Assembly (NCBI GenBank): GCA_038063735.1
Contig: JBBTUN010000012.1
Coordinates: 1,595 to 65,594 of the forward strand
DNA from: Patescibacteria group bacterium
GTDB lineage: Bacteria; Patescibacteriota; Microgenomatia; Curtissbacterales; GWA2-41-24
DNA: 64,000 nt
Direction of reading: 5' to 3'
This document shows positions 1 through 9,991 of the stretch, piece by piece. Both the position numbers and the translations under genes were made by a program. Under the pieces are notes generated by a model. That model saw only the letters and a program-made list of their open reading frames with translations. It was not told where the DNA came from and ran no database searches. Numbering within the stretch: position 1 is the first letter of the stretch; each line of letters begins with the position of its first letter.

Positions 1-1
1 A

Positions 2-1378
2 TCCACAAGACCCCTGACAACATTCACGATACTTTTGACCTGCCTACTTGCCTTAATTTTTTTAAGCAGCTTTATCACCAAACCCAAAAAAGCCACGGAA
101 TCGCCGGAAACCCCCACCAAGGAAGTTGCAACATATAACATCGGCAGTGCCCCCATGCTGCAACTCCACGCCCAGGTACAAAAATCGGGTGTCATCCAGA
201 TAGTTGCCCAAGCCCCAGGGATTGTTAGCAAAATCAATGTCACCGAAGGAAAAACCGTCAGCCGCGACACAAATCTCATCTCCCTTGGCGCAAACTACCA
301 AGGGGCCAGCGCCGCCTCCGTTCAAAGACAGCTTGCAAGCGTGCAATACCAAAACACCAAAAACACGTTCGATATTCAAAAAGACCTAATTGCCAAACAA
401 AGGGACTTGGCAGGCAAGCAAGATGAGTCGGCAGACCAGATTCGCGATATAACCTCAAAATCCACCGACGATACTCGAAACCTCATTTCATTAAACGAAA
501 ATATTCTCTCGACAATTGATGCCAATTTAAAAACGCTTGAGGACAACAATGCCGGCGGGGCAAACGACGCCCTAATCTTGCAAACAAAGCAACTAAAAAG
601 CCAGCTGCTTGCCGGAAACAACCAGGCAAAAAGCAGTCTTAGGCAGGCAGAGTTCACTCAGGACACCAGCAAAACCCCGGCCCAAATTTCGGATCTTTCC
701 CGGGACATTGCCCAAAAACAATTAGACCTGCAGGAAAAATCTCTTAAACTCGCACTCGACACAGCAGGTCTTCAGTTAAAACTTGCCCAAATCAACGAGT
801 CCACAATGTTCCCGACAAGCCCTTTTGCCGGTACAATTCAAAGAGTTCACGTAAAAATTGGTCAAACTGTTTCTCCGGGCACACCACTCGTTACCCTTGC
901 CGGTGCAACAAATAACTTAACAGCAGTTGCTCTGGTTCCACAAAACATTGCCAAGGGAATCACAAAGCTTCAAAGCAGCTACCTCTTAATCGGTGATGAC
1001 AAAATAGAAGAAAGCCCAACTTATATTTCAAAAGAAGCAACAAACGGTCAGCTTTATAGCGTGATTTTCAATATACCGCCCGAATACGCCACCAAATTAA
1101 CAGATGCCAGCTTCATTGATATCCGGGTTCCCATAGGATACGACTATGCAAGCGCTGCTGTCCCTTTTGTCCCGCTCGACGCACTCCATCAAACACAAGA
1201 CGAAGCAATCGTTTTTACAATTGAAGACAACAAAGCCCTGGGCAAAAAAGTTGCCTTAGGAGAAGTTCAGGGAAACTACGTAGAGGTGAAATCAGGTCTT
1301 TCGGAGAATGATGTTGTCATTGTAGACAGAAATGTTGTTGCCGGTGACAAGGTTAAAGCTAAATCCCCACAAATATAA
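2..1378 (+). CDS. RND efflux periplasmic adaptor (membrane fusion protein), 5'-partial
   Basis: Frame is open from the window edge. It has an N-terminal hydrophobic anchor, lipoyl half-motifs (APGIVSKINVTEGKTV; SPFAGTIQRVHVKIGQTV), a long coiled coil and C-terminal VEVKSGL, and lies directly upstream of an AcrB-type gene. Confidence 0.9.
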   Translation, partial: STRPLTTFTILLTCLLALIFLSSFITKPKKATESPETPTKEVATYNIGSAPMLQLHAQVQKSGVIQIVAQAPGIVSKINVTEGKTVSRDTNLISLGANYQGASAASVQRQLASVQYQNTKNTFDIQKDLIAKQRDLAGKQDESADQIRDITSKSTDDTRNLISLNENILSTIDANLKTLEDNNAGGANDALILQTKQLKSQLLAGNNQAKSSLRQAEFTQDTSKTPAQISDLSRDIAQKQLDLQEKSLKLALDTAGLQLKLAQINESTMFPTSPFAGTIQRVHVKIGQTVSPGTPLVTLAGATNNLTAVALVPQNIAKGITKLQSSYLLIGDDKIEESPTYISKEATNGQLYSVIFNIPPEYATKLTDASFIDIRVPIGYDYASAAVPFVPLDALHQTQDEAIVFTIEDNKALGKKVALGEVQGNYVEVKSGLSENDVVIVDRNVVAGDKVKAKSPQI

Positions 1379-1382
1379 ATAT

Positions 1383-4300
1383 ATGGAAGAAAAACGTTCA
1401 TATTTGGATCAGCTGCAATTTGATCCAAAATTAGCCCAAAGCGTAGTTGCAAAATATCTTACAAATTTTAGGTATGTTCTTCTACTAATAATTGCCATAA
1501 CAGTTGCGGGTGTTTTCAGTTTTTTAAATTTGCCAAGAAGACTAAATCCCCAGGTAAACATTCCAATCGTCTCTGTTACTACCCCTCTTCTTGGTGCATC
1601 CCCCGAAGACGTTGAATCATTAATCACCATTCCAATAGAAGACAAAATCGCCGGCCTTGAAGGCGTCAACACCATTGCGTCTACATCTCTTGATAATTTT
1701 TCGGCAGTTTCTGTCCAGTTTCAAAGCGGCACAAGTCCGGATAAAGCCAAAGACAATGTGCAATCGGCAGTTGACACAATTACAAATCTTCCCAACCAAG
1801 CAAAAACTCCAAACGTTCAAAAACTGGATTTCGAAAACCAGCCTGTTTGGACATTTCTCATAACTTCAAATCAGGACGAAGCAAGTCTTATGCGCTTCGG
1901 CGAAAACCTAAAAGATAGACTGGAAAGGTTATCCTCGGTAAAGCAGGTAAACATCGCAGGTTCAGAAGAAGAAGAAATTCAAGTCTTCGTTAAACCTAGT
2001 GTGCAAAAAGATTACAATATAGATCCCCAAACCATATCCCGTGCTATTCAGGCAAGTATCCACGCCCAACCTGCCGGCAACCTAAATACCGAAAATTCGT
2101 CTTTTGCCCTAACTATCGATCCAACCACAAAATCGCTTGACGAGCTTCGCGATATCAATATAAATGTGGGCACACAAATCGTAAAGCTAAGTGATGTCGC
2201 AACAATTTCCGTTAGATCCAAACCAAATCAACCAAGGGCCTACTACGCAACAAATGACGCATTACCGCAAAAAGCGATCACATTTTCAGTCTTCAAAACC
2301 GATTCCGCAAATATTGACAAGACAGTAAACGCTGTTAAAGCTGAAACTGGCAAAGCTCTTGGCGAAAACCCGAACAAATTCAATTTACTCACCATTATTA
2401 ACCTTTCGGATGAAGTCGACAAACAATTTTCCGATTTGCTCAGTAGCTTTCGGGATACAATTCTTTTGGTCATAGTCGTCCTTTTCCTGTTTTTAGGTAT
2501 CCGCCAGGCACTGATCGTCGCCTTCTGTATACCTCTTTCATTTTTAGTTTCATTTACTGTCATGCAAACAGTAGGTTTAACACTAAACTTTTTGTCGCTG
2601 TTTTCGCTAATTTTGGCACTAGGCCTGTTAGTCGACGATGCAATAGTCGTTGTAACTGCAACAACTGCCTATTGGAGAAGTCGAAAATTTACACCCAATG
2701 AAACCGGTTTACTTGTGCTTCGGGATTTTATAGTCCCCATTTGGTCAACAACTATAACGGCTGTCTGGGCTTTTTTACCGCTACTTGTAGCATCCGGAAT
2801 AATTGGAGAATTCATTAAATCAATCTCTATTGTTGTCTCCGCAACTCTTCTGGCATCAACCGCAATCGCAATACTAATTACGCTGCCCATGATGATGGTT
2901 TTCCTAAAACCCGACTTCCCAAACAGAGTAAAGCTTATGTTCTGGTTTTTATTGTTTCTAGTGCTCCTCGGTGTAGTTGTCACCCTTAGCCTGAAAAGCC
3001 CTCTTTTACCAATAAATATTGTCACGGCAATAGTGCTTGCCATTGTCGGCTTTAAACTCCGGCACCAGTTGTTGCAGGAAACAAACAACTGGCTAAGTAA
3101 AATATTTGATTCAAGAGCCCTAACAACAAGGGTCGCAAAAATTATGGACTCCGGGGTGATCGATTCAACTAAATTTGCAACTCGCTACCAAAATTTAATA
3201 GATAAGGTTCTATCATCAAGATCCTTTAGAAACAAAACTTTAATAATAGTTGTCGTTTTTGCTATCTTTTCTTATCTACTCCTACCACTGGGTTTTGTAA
3301 CTAACGAGTTTTTTCCAAAAACCGATCAGGGCACACTCTATGTTTCTGTGGAACTCCCTGCCGGCACCAATTTAGACACAGCCGAAAAAGAGGCCAAAAC
3401 CTTGGTTGAGGACCTCAGGAAAACAGAAGGCGTCAAATATGCAACCGCAGAAACGGGCCGCTCAATCTCAACCGAAGATTTCTTTGGACCCCAAAGCGCC
3501 ACTAATAACATTCTTTTTACCTTAGTATTGCCCGACAAAAAAGAGCGAAAAGTGAAATCAATCGAAATTGCCCAAGTGCTTCGCGATAAATACGAAAACA
3601 ATTATTACAGGGGCAAACTTTCCGTAATTGAACAATCCAGCGGCCCTCCCGCGGGAGCAGACTTGCAAATCAAGTTTTTAGGCGACGACCCCAAAGCCCT
3701 GAACGCCCAGGCAGACAAAGTCGTTTCCTATCTACGAAGCCGTCAAGCCATAAATAACATCCAAAAATCAATCAAAAGCGGTGGTGGAAAAATTGTTTTT
3801 GTTCCCGACAGAGTTAAGATTGCTCAAACCGGTATTACCGAATCGGAACTTGGTTCTCAACTAAGAACATATGCAAGCGGGTTTACGCTGGACTCCAATG
3901 CAAAAATAAGCGGCAAGGAAAAAGATATTGTTTTCCGGACAAATTCAAGCTTCCAGCAACCGGAGTCCCTTGGATCATTAAATATAAAAACGCAAACAGG
4001 TGATTTTCCACTATCCGCGCTGGGAACTCTCGAATTTAAACCAACTGCAACCCGCATTACCAGAGAAGATCAAAAACGCACACTTTCGGTAACAGCGGGT
4101 GTCGTAAACAGCAAACAGATCGCAGCAGAAAATAAAAACCTTCAGGATTTTGCAACAAAACTAAGCCTGCCGACCGGCTACGAATGGAAAATCGGTGGGG
4201 TAAACGAAGAGAATCAAAAGAGTGTCAATTCAATCTTCCAGGCCATGACAATCGCATTTATCTTGATAGCAGCCACAATGGTCATCCAATTCGGTTCGTA

Positions 4301-4709
4301 CAGAAAAGCCTTTATTATTCTTTTACTAATACCGCTTGCCATATCCGGAGTATTTATTGTTTTTGCGCTAACGGCAACACCACTTTCATTCCCAACCCTG
4401 ATCGGAATTCTTGCGCTTTTCGGAATTGTAGTTTACCAGTCGATGTTAATTGTAGATAAAATAGGCAGGAACCAAAGAGCAGGAATGTACCTAAAACATG
4501 CAATCTCCGACGCGGCTGCGTCCCGGGTCGAACCCATCATGTTTGGAACAATAACAACGGTTGTCGGCCTAATTCCAATCACCCTTTCCGACCCGCTTTG
4601 GCGCGGACTTGGTGGGGCAATTATTGCCGGGCTTCTTTTTTCCGGTGCCATCATGCTTCTTTTTATCCCCGTTGTTTACTACAAATTCTACGAAAAAGAG
4701 GTTGCATAG
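1383..4709 (+). CDS. RND efflux transporter permease (AcrB/AcrD/AcrF family)
   Basis: About 1100 aa with GASPEDVESLITIPIE, GLLVDDAIVV and RVEPIMFGTITTVVGLIP motifs; start placed at ATG 1383 (MEEKRS). Confidence 0.95.
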   Translation: MEEKRSYLDQLQFDPKLAQSVVAKYLTNFRYVLLLIIAITVAGVFSFLNLPRRLNPQVNIPIVSVTTPLLGASPEDVESLITIPIEDKIAGLEGVNTIASTSLDNFSAVSVQFQSGTSPDKAKDNVQSAVDTITNLPNQAKTPNVQKLDFENQPVWTFLITSNQDEASLMRFGENLKDRLERLSSVKQVNIAGSEEEEIQVFVKPSVQKDYNIDPQTISRAIQASIHAQPAGNLNTENSSFALTIDPTTKSLDELRDININVGTQIVKLSDVATISVRSKPNQPRAYYATNDALPQKAITFSVFKTDSANIDKTVNAVKAETGKALGENPNKFNLLTIINLSDEVDKQFSDLLSSFRDTILLVIVVLFLFLGIRQALIVAFCIPLSFLVSFTVMQTVGLTLNFLSLFSLILALGLLVDDAIVVVTATTAYWRSRKFTPNETGLLVLRDFIVPIWSTTITAVWAFLPLLVASGIIGEFIKSISIVVSATLLASTAIAILITLPMMMVFLKPDFPNRVKLMFWFLLFLVLLGVVVTLSLKSPLLPINIVTAIVLAIVGFKLRHQLLQETNNWLSKIFDSRALTTRVAKIMDSGVIDSTKFATRYQNLIDKVLSSRSFRNKTLIIVVVFAIFSYLLLPLGFVTNEFFPKTDQGTLYVSVELPAGTNLDTAEKEAKTLVEDLRKTEGVKYATAETGRSISTEDFFGPQSATNNILFTLVLPDKKERKVKSIEIAQVLRDKYENNYYRGKLSVIEQSSGPPAGADLQIKFLGDDPKALNAQADKVVSYLRSRQAINNIQKSIKSGGGKIVFVPDRVKIAQTGITESELGSQLRTYASGFTLDSNAKISGKEKDIVFRTNSSFQQPESLGSLNIKTQTGDFPLSALGTLEFKPTATRITREDQKRTLSVTAGVVNSKQIAAENKNLQDFATKLSLPTGYEWKIGGVNEENQKSVNSIFQAMTIAFILIAATMVIQFGSYRKAFIILLLIPLAISGVFIVFALTATPLSFPTLIGILALFGIVVYQSMLIVDKIGRNQRAGMYLKHAISDAAASRVEPIMFGTITTVVGLIPITLSDPLWRGLGGAIIAGLLFSGAIMLLFIPVVYYKFYEKEVA

Positions 4710-4734
4710 TTTTCAAAGTGATATAATCATTCTG

Positions 4735-5103
4735 ATGAAAGCGTTTTCCATTCTGGCAAATTGGGTGCTTTCGGCGCTAACCATCTTTCTCATTTCCCAG
4801 TACATTCCCGGTTTCAAAATTGACTCATTGCAAACGGCATTTGTGGTAGCTTTAGTTCTAGGCATATTTAACGCGGTCATCAGGCCTGTGCTTCTTGTTC
4901 TCACCCTTCCCATAAATATTCTCACGCTTGGGCTTTTTACATTTGTTATCAATGCATTTTTAATTCTGGCAACAGACTATTTTGTGAAAGGCTTTACGGT
5001 CACAAGTTTCACCCCAGCCTTAATCGCAGCTATTGTGCTGTGGCTCATCAACATAATTGTAGGAAAAGCCTCATTTCCTATAAAAGCCGCTGCCAACAAC
5101 TAA
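4735..5103 (+). CDS. YvlD/DUF360 4-TM membrane protein (holin-like family)
   Basis: LGIFNAVIRPVLLVLTLPINILTLGLFTFVINA motif; ATG 4735 lies 7 nt after TATAAT. Confidence 0.85.
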   Translation: MKAFSILANWVLSALTIFLISQYIPGFKIDSLQTAFVVALVLGIFNAVIRPVLLVLTLPINILTLGLFTFVINAFLILATDYFVKGFTVTSFTPALIAAIVLWLINIIVGKASFPIKAAANN

Positions 5104-5196
5104 GCCGCCACAACACTTGATACCTTTAACCCCTTTCTTGCTTTCTTGCGAATGCGTGGTAAAATAAGTCACTGCTAAATCTCCTGTCCGCCGAGC

Positions 5197-5739
5197 ATGA
5201 ACAGTCTTAAAATAATTATTCCCGCAGTAATTTTATTTATTCTAGCAACGGCCGGTGTGTACACTATCTACCAAACACAAACGGCAAACAAAAAAACTGT
5301 AGACGCTACGCCACAAATAAGCCCGCAATCTAATTTCCCTACCTCAAGCGCCTCACCAAAATTACAACCATCGCCAACAAGTGCGTCTCAAACAAATGTC
5401 CAAGCCCAACCTGCAACCGGCACAGACGAACTTGAAATCAAAAATGAAGGAATTCAATTGCAAAGCCCCACACGGGGAGAGCTCGTTAATTCTCCTCTTA
5501 CTGTTTCGGGCATTGCCAATGTAACTTCTCAAATCGTAGTGATAACCGTAAAAGACACGGCCGGTAATACACTTGGACAAGGCACTGCACAAGCTTGCGT
5601 TGGTCTGGACGCTTGTTATTTTGAAACCACCATCGCTTTCTCAGGGCCAAGAACTTCAATCGGTTACTTAGAAGTTTACTCCCCGTCAACCATTGATAAT
5701 TCTCCTACCTTTTTACAAACTATCCCCGTAAGTTTTTAA
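5197..5739 (+). CDS. Membrane-anchored protein with Ser/Pro/Thr linker and Gmad2-like Ig domain
   Basis: N-terminal TM segment, low-complexity linker, then IQLQSPTRGELVNSPLTVSGIANV...GYLEVY. Confidence 0.65.
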   Translation: MNSLKIIIPAVILFILATAGVYTIYQTQTANKKTVDATPQISPQSNFPTSSASPKLQPSPTSASQTNVQAQPATGTDELEIKNEGIQLQSPTRGELVNSPLTVSGIANVTSQIVVITVKDTAGNTLGQGTAQACVGLDACYFETTIAFSGPRTSIGYLEVYSPSTIDNSPTFLQTIPVSF

Positions 5740-5781
5740 GCCACATCTGCCCAAACTGTTGTACAATTATTTAAACATCCT

Positions 5782-7260
5782 ATGCAAAAGCAAAGTGACG
5801 GGGACATTAAAAAAACACCCACAGTGTTTGTAATATTTGGTGCAACCGGAGACCTCGCCCGCAAAAAAATATTCCCCTCTTTTTTTGAGCTCTTTAAAAA
5901 TGGTTTACTGCCAGAAAAATTTAAAATTATCGCAGCCGCACGTTCTCCTTTTACCACGGATCAATTTTTGCAAATTCTTGCCCAAACTGTCGATGCCAAG
6001 AGTGACACTTGGGATAAATTTACAAAAATCATTGAATATTTCCAATGCGACGTAGAGCGGGACGTCAATCTCAACAAGCTGGAAGACGAACTAAAAAAAG
6101 TTGAAAAAGAGTTCGGACAGTGCGCTCAAAGAGTATTCTACATGGCTATATCCCCTTACATTTACGAGGCTGCTTTTGATCTTTTGGGCAAACATAACCT
6201 CCACTTGAGCTGTGCGGAGCATAACACAAAAACCAGAATTGTTGTCGAAAAACCCTTTGGGCACGACTACGAGTCGTCTCAAATTTTAAATAAAAAGCTT
6301 TCTACTTACTTTGAAGAAAACCAGATTTTTAGGATTGACCATGTACTTGGCAAGGAGACCGTCCAGAATATCTTCGCCTTTCGCTTTGCAAACGAAATAT
6401 TCGAGCCCATCTGGAATAACAAATACATAGATAACATTCAAATCACTTATGCCGAATATGTCGGAGTAGATAGACGCGGTGAATACTACGATAGAGCTGG
6501 GGCGCTAAGGGACATTATTCAAAATCACTTACTTCAACTTTTGTGTATTGCCACAATGGAAGAACCAGATAAATTTGAACAGCTGGCAATAAGGACAAAG
6601 AAGCTGGAAGTTTTAAAAAGCATTAAAAAAATCACTCCCCAGGAAGTAGCAAACACAACCATTCGTGGCCAATACGAAGGATACTTGAGCGAAGAAAAAG
6701 TAGACCCCAAATCCACAACCGAGACTTATGCCATGGTTAAACTGGAGATTGAAAACAAAAGATGGCAAGGTGTACCAATATACCTAAGAACCGGCAAAAG
6801 ACTAACGGGTAAAGTTACGTCCATAATCTTCAGTTTCAAAGAAAACATTCACGAGCTCTATAAAGGAACACAAAAAACGCCCCTGCCTAATCACATCACC
6901 ATCCAAATCCAGCCAAACGAAGGTATAGGCATCAGAATCATTGCCAAAAAACCGGGACTAACAACCGAACTGGAACATGTCGATATGGAATTTTGCTATA
7001 GGCGTTCTTTTGACACTCCACAACCGGATGCTTACGAGCGTCTTTTAATGGATATAATTTCCGGCGACCAAACACTATTTTTAGGGCCTGTTGGAGAAAG
7101 CTGGAAAATAATAGACCCAATCCGCGAAGTTTGGAATAGCGGTAAACCAAAGTTAACCACATATAAACCCGGTTCTTGGGGTCCAAAAGAAGCCGAGGAT
7201 TTAATCAAAAAAGACGGCCGCCAGTGGCTCGCCCCGCTTCTTACCATCTGCAAAATCTAG
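5782..7260 (+). CDS. zwf: Glucose-6-phosphate 1-dehydrogenase
   Basis: GATGDLARKK, EKPFG and RIDHVLGKETVQN motifs. Confidence 0.97.
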   Translation: MQKQSDGDIKKTPTVFVIFGATGDLARKKIFPSFFELFKNGLLPEKFKIIAAARSPFTTDQFLQILAQTVDAKSDTWDKFTKIIEYFQCDVERDVNLNKLEDELKKVEKEFGQCAQRVFYMAISPYIYEAAFDLLGKHNLHLSCAEHNTKTRIVVEKPFGHDYESSQILNKKLSTYFEENQIFRIDHVLGKETVQNIFAFRFANEIFEPIWNNKYIDNIQITYAEYVGVDRRGEYYDRAGALRDIIQNHLLQLLCIATMEEPDKFEQLAIRTKKLEVLKSIKKITPQEVANTTIRGQYEGYLSEEKVDPKSTTETYAMVKLEIENKRWQGVPIYLRTGKRLTGKVTSIIFSFKENIHELYKGTQKTPLPNHITIQIQPNEGIGIRIIAKKPGLTTELEHVDMEFCYRRSFDTPQPDAYERLLMDIISGDQTLFLGPVGESWKIIDPIREVWNSGKPKLTTYKPGSWGPKEAEDLIKKDGRQWLAPLLTICKI

Positions 7261-7272
7261 GGTATTTACAGT

Positions 7273-8154
7273 CTACGAGCACCCTGGTATAGGGAATTGT
7301 GTAATTATCTTAAAGTAGAATTGATTAATAAGTGTTGCATCTGCTGCACTTACTACATTATTACCGTTAACGTCTGCTGCTTTAAAAGCATCCGTGCCAC
7401 GAACCAGTGGCGGAGTTACACCAAAGACAGTTTGTTTGACCAGAGTTGCATCATTCGCGTTTACAATATTATTATTGTTAACATCTCCATACTTTTTCAA
7501 CACACCCGCAGAATTGATAAAAGTGACACAAGAGATTGGGGGAGGTGTCGGAATTGGTGTTGGAGTCGGAACTGGGGTTGGCAAGGAACAGCCAGTCGTC
7601 GTAAAAGTCCCTGTTTGGGAATACCACCAAATATTATTGCTCCAACTAGGGTCTTTTGTTCTTATCCTCCAATAGTAGCTTGTGTTTGCTGGTAAATTGA
7701 CAATCGTTTTTGAATCATTTCGACCAAATGGAGCCGTGTTATAACTTCCTATGCGTACAGAAGAATACGAATCACCGGGTGTAAAATTATTATTGTTTAC
7801 CGAATAATCCAGCCAAACTTCCTCATCCCGCATGTCAATATTTTTCCAGCTTACAGTGGCATCTACATTACCATTATTGCAAACCATGGAAGGCACTCCA
7901 TCATTTGAAAGTGCCGCTCCGCCAGTTTCCCCAAAGGAATCTTCATCGCTCGAGTCACTGCTTGTGCAACTAATCCGGCATCTACCGCTGACATAATGCG
8001 TGCTGATAGCCATATTGTTAAAAATTACTTCCTCGCCAGATCTAAAAGCATACTTATTAAATACCTTCTTAACACAAGCAGCCCCTAACCCTTGACAGTC
8101 CCCATAACCAGGACTATTGCTAGAACTAGAACTAGGATAAACATAAAAAGTCAT
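7273..8154 (-). CDS. Extracellular protein with FN3-like segment, PT linker and C-terminal dockerin; probably the 3' part of a frameshifted gene with 8151-8570
   Basis: NLPANTSYYWRI, PTPVPTPTP and paired dockerin loops GDVNNNNIVNANDA / ADVNGNNVVSAADA; it has no signal peptide of its own. Confidence 0.7.
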   Translation of the reverse strand: MTFYVYPSSSSSNSPGYGDCQGLGAACVKKVFNKYAFRSGEEVIFNNMAISTHYVSGRCRISCTSSDSSDEDSFGETGGAALSNDGVPSMVCNNGNVDATVSWKNIDMRDEEVWLDYSVNNNNFTPGDSYSSVRIGSYNTAPFGRNDSKTIVNLPANTSYYWRIRTKDPSWSNNIWWYSQTGTFTTTGCSLPTPVPTPTPIPTPPPISCVTFINSAGVLKKYGDVNNNNIVNANDATLVKQTVFGVTPPLVRGTDAFKAADVNGNNVVSAADATLINQFYFKIITQFPIPGCS

Positions 8155-8570
8155 ACAAACTTCAGGTCAAAAGTCGCAGAACCATCACCGCCTGCCGTAG
8201 TTGTTCCGGTGACCGTAAAAGCCTGGTAAGCAGTATCATGATAACTGACTGAATACCCAACAGGTTCATTTGCGACAAAGGTTAAAAAGCCCATCGAACA
8301 TGAAAAATTATTGCTCACAGTACAAGTACCTTTTCTCCCTGACACACCGGTCGCATCAACGTCAAACGTCCAGTCACTCGGGAAATATGCTTTCAATGTT
8401 GTTCTTGGGGCAAAATTCGAAGGTAGCAGTGCTGCCTGCGGGGTTTTGCTAGGGCTCTGGGATATCACAACATAAACAACTGCCGCAATAGAAGCAAATA
8501 CAAACGCTAAAATCAAAAAAGCAAAGATAGCCCCAGAACCGGATTTAAATTTAAAGGCAGCTTTTTTCAT
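8151..8570 (-). CDS. Membrane-anchored protein; probable 5' part of the frameshifted dockerin gene
   Basis: MKKAA... plus a TM helix and ...SKTPQA parallel the N-terminus of neighbour 8585-9565. Confidence 0.65.
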   Translation of the reverse strand: MKKAAFKFKSGSGAIFAFLILAFVFASIAAVVYVVISQSPSKTPQAALLPSNFAPRTTLKAYFPSDWTFDVDATGVSGRKGTCTVSNNFSCSMGFLTFVANEPVGYSVSYHDTAYQAFTVTGTTTAGGDGSATFDLKFV

Positions 8571-8584
8571 TAAATCGTCATTTC

Positions 8585-9565
8585 CTACAACGCCACAGCC
8601 GGGCAAGCAGGAAACATTGCAATAGTCTTAAAGTAGAATTGCAAAATCAAGTCTGAATCTGCTGTGGTTATGGTTCCATTACCATCAACATCTGCCGCTT
8701 TCTTGGCATCTCCCAAAAGCGCCGGGTCTATGCCGGCGACGCTTCTTTTAACAAGGGTCGCATCACCTGCAGTTATATATTTATTATTGTTAACATCTCC
8801 ATACTTTTGCACTTTACCGGCCGAATTTGTAAAAGTGCAGGCGGTTGATGACGGCGTGGGTTTTGGAATAAAACTATTAACGTCTGGTCGTTCACTTACA
8901 GAAATCGTTACAGGTTCCGAACATTTCTGCAGAAAGTAACTGGCAACAATGTTTAAATCCTCTATCGCAATAGCGCCATTTGCGTCCATATCGTAACGTT
9001 TGTTATACTTTGCATCCCCTGTTTTAGTATTGTAAGAATTCGCAACCTTGGTCATATCCAAAATAGTCACTGCGCGGTCTCCATCAACATCCACGGGCCA
9101 GGCATTAACTCCACAAACTTTATTAGGACTCGTACCTATGTATCCCTCAACTTTATCCGAAAAACCGTCACGGTCGGTGTCTGAGTTTACAATCAGATCA
9201 CACTTTTGCCCAAAAAACCCGGAAGCTATATCCGTGTCCAGTTTCGATATCAAATCGTCGCCATTAAGGTCATACGCTTTGTTATAGTTAGCATCTCCCG
9301 CCTTCGTTCCATTTGCATTTGCCATTAATGTAATGTCAAGTATGGTTACTGCCCCGTCATGGTCAAAGTCTACCTGAGAACAAGAAACAGCGGTTAATTT
9401 TGGGGTTAGCGCGAACGGAGTCTTACCGGGATTATTAGCAATGACTGCCCAAACCGCAATGCCGACAACAGCAATAATCAAAATTGCCAAAAGCAGAAAT
9501 GAATTTTTGGGTTTAGATCTAATTCTAGCGGAACGCGAAACTTTTCTATTGGCAGCTTTTTTCAC
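8585..9565 (-). CDS. Membrane-anchored multi-dockerin/EF-hand Ca-binding surface protein
   Basis: N-terminal TM; three dockerin-like pairs (DFDHDGAVTILD, DVDGDRAVTILD, GDVNNNKYITAGD); TSP3-like DTDRDGFSD. Confidence 0.8.
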   Translation of the reverse strand: MKKAANRKVSRSARIRSKPKNSFLLLAILIIAVVGIAVWAVIANNPGKTPFALTPKLTAVSCSQVDFDHDGAVTILDITLMANANGTKAGDANYNKAYDLNGDDLISKLDTDIASGFFGQKCDLIVNSDTDRDGFSDKVEGYIGTSPNKVCGVNAWPVDVDGDRAVTILDMTKVANSYNTKTGDAKYNKRYDMDANGAIAIEDLNIVASYFLQKCSEPVTISVSERPDVNSFIPKPTPSSTACTFTNSAGKVQKYGDVNNNKYITAGDATLVKRSVAGIDPALLGDAKKAADVDGNGTITTADSDLILQFYFKTIAMFPACPAVAL

Positions 9566-9630
9566 AGGTACAACTCAAGTATCGATCCACAAATGCCGCA
9601 TTGTCAAGCCCTTAAGAGTCAACGTGGAGA

Positions 9631-9969
9631 TTATTTATTGCAAACAACTGGGTCAGCAGAAGAAACGGCAGCTAAGTCTTTGGAATTTATCCAACCGTCG
9701 CGATCCAGGTCGAATTTAGAGTTATTTTTGGCCCCCTCTACTTTTCCAAAACCGCCAATAGCTATATCAAGGTCTCGGCTATCAACACGGCTATCCACAT
9801 TAAAATCGCACTTATTAACTACAACAGGCACTTGCGCACTTACCTGTCTGCCTTCCCTGCCGGCTTGAGATAGTAAAACTACCCCTGCAGAAAGCGGAAT
9901 TACCATAAAGGCACAAAGGGCCAAAAGAAGCCACGTGCCTTTTTGATATTTGTTAAACGCGTGTTCCAC
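9631..9969 (-). CDS. Small membrane-anchored dockerin-domain protein
   Basis: TM helix followed by CDFNVDSRVDSRD and FDLDRDGWINSKD. Confidence 0.75.
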   Translation of the reverse strand: MEHAFNKYQKGTWLLLALCAFMVIPLSAGVVLLSQAGREGRQVSAQVPVVVNKCDFNVDSRVDSRDLDIAIGGFGKVEGAKNNSKFDLDRDGWINSKDLAAVSSADPVVCNK

Positions 9970-9991
9970 AAATTAATTGTAAACTATACAG

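Noticed and set aside
4735-5103. Prophage signalled by a holin-family gene or by the Xer-like gene at 40652
   Set aside because: YvlD-type genes are common chromosomal genes, no phage structural or replication genes are present, and the Xer-like protein lacks catalytic residues.
7538-7582. GGAGTCGGA/GGTGTTGGA tandem repeat
   Set aside because: It encodes an ordinary Pro-Thr linker of a surface protein.
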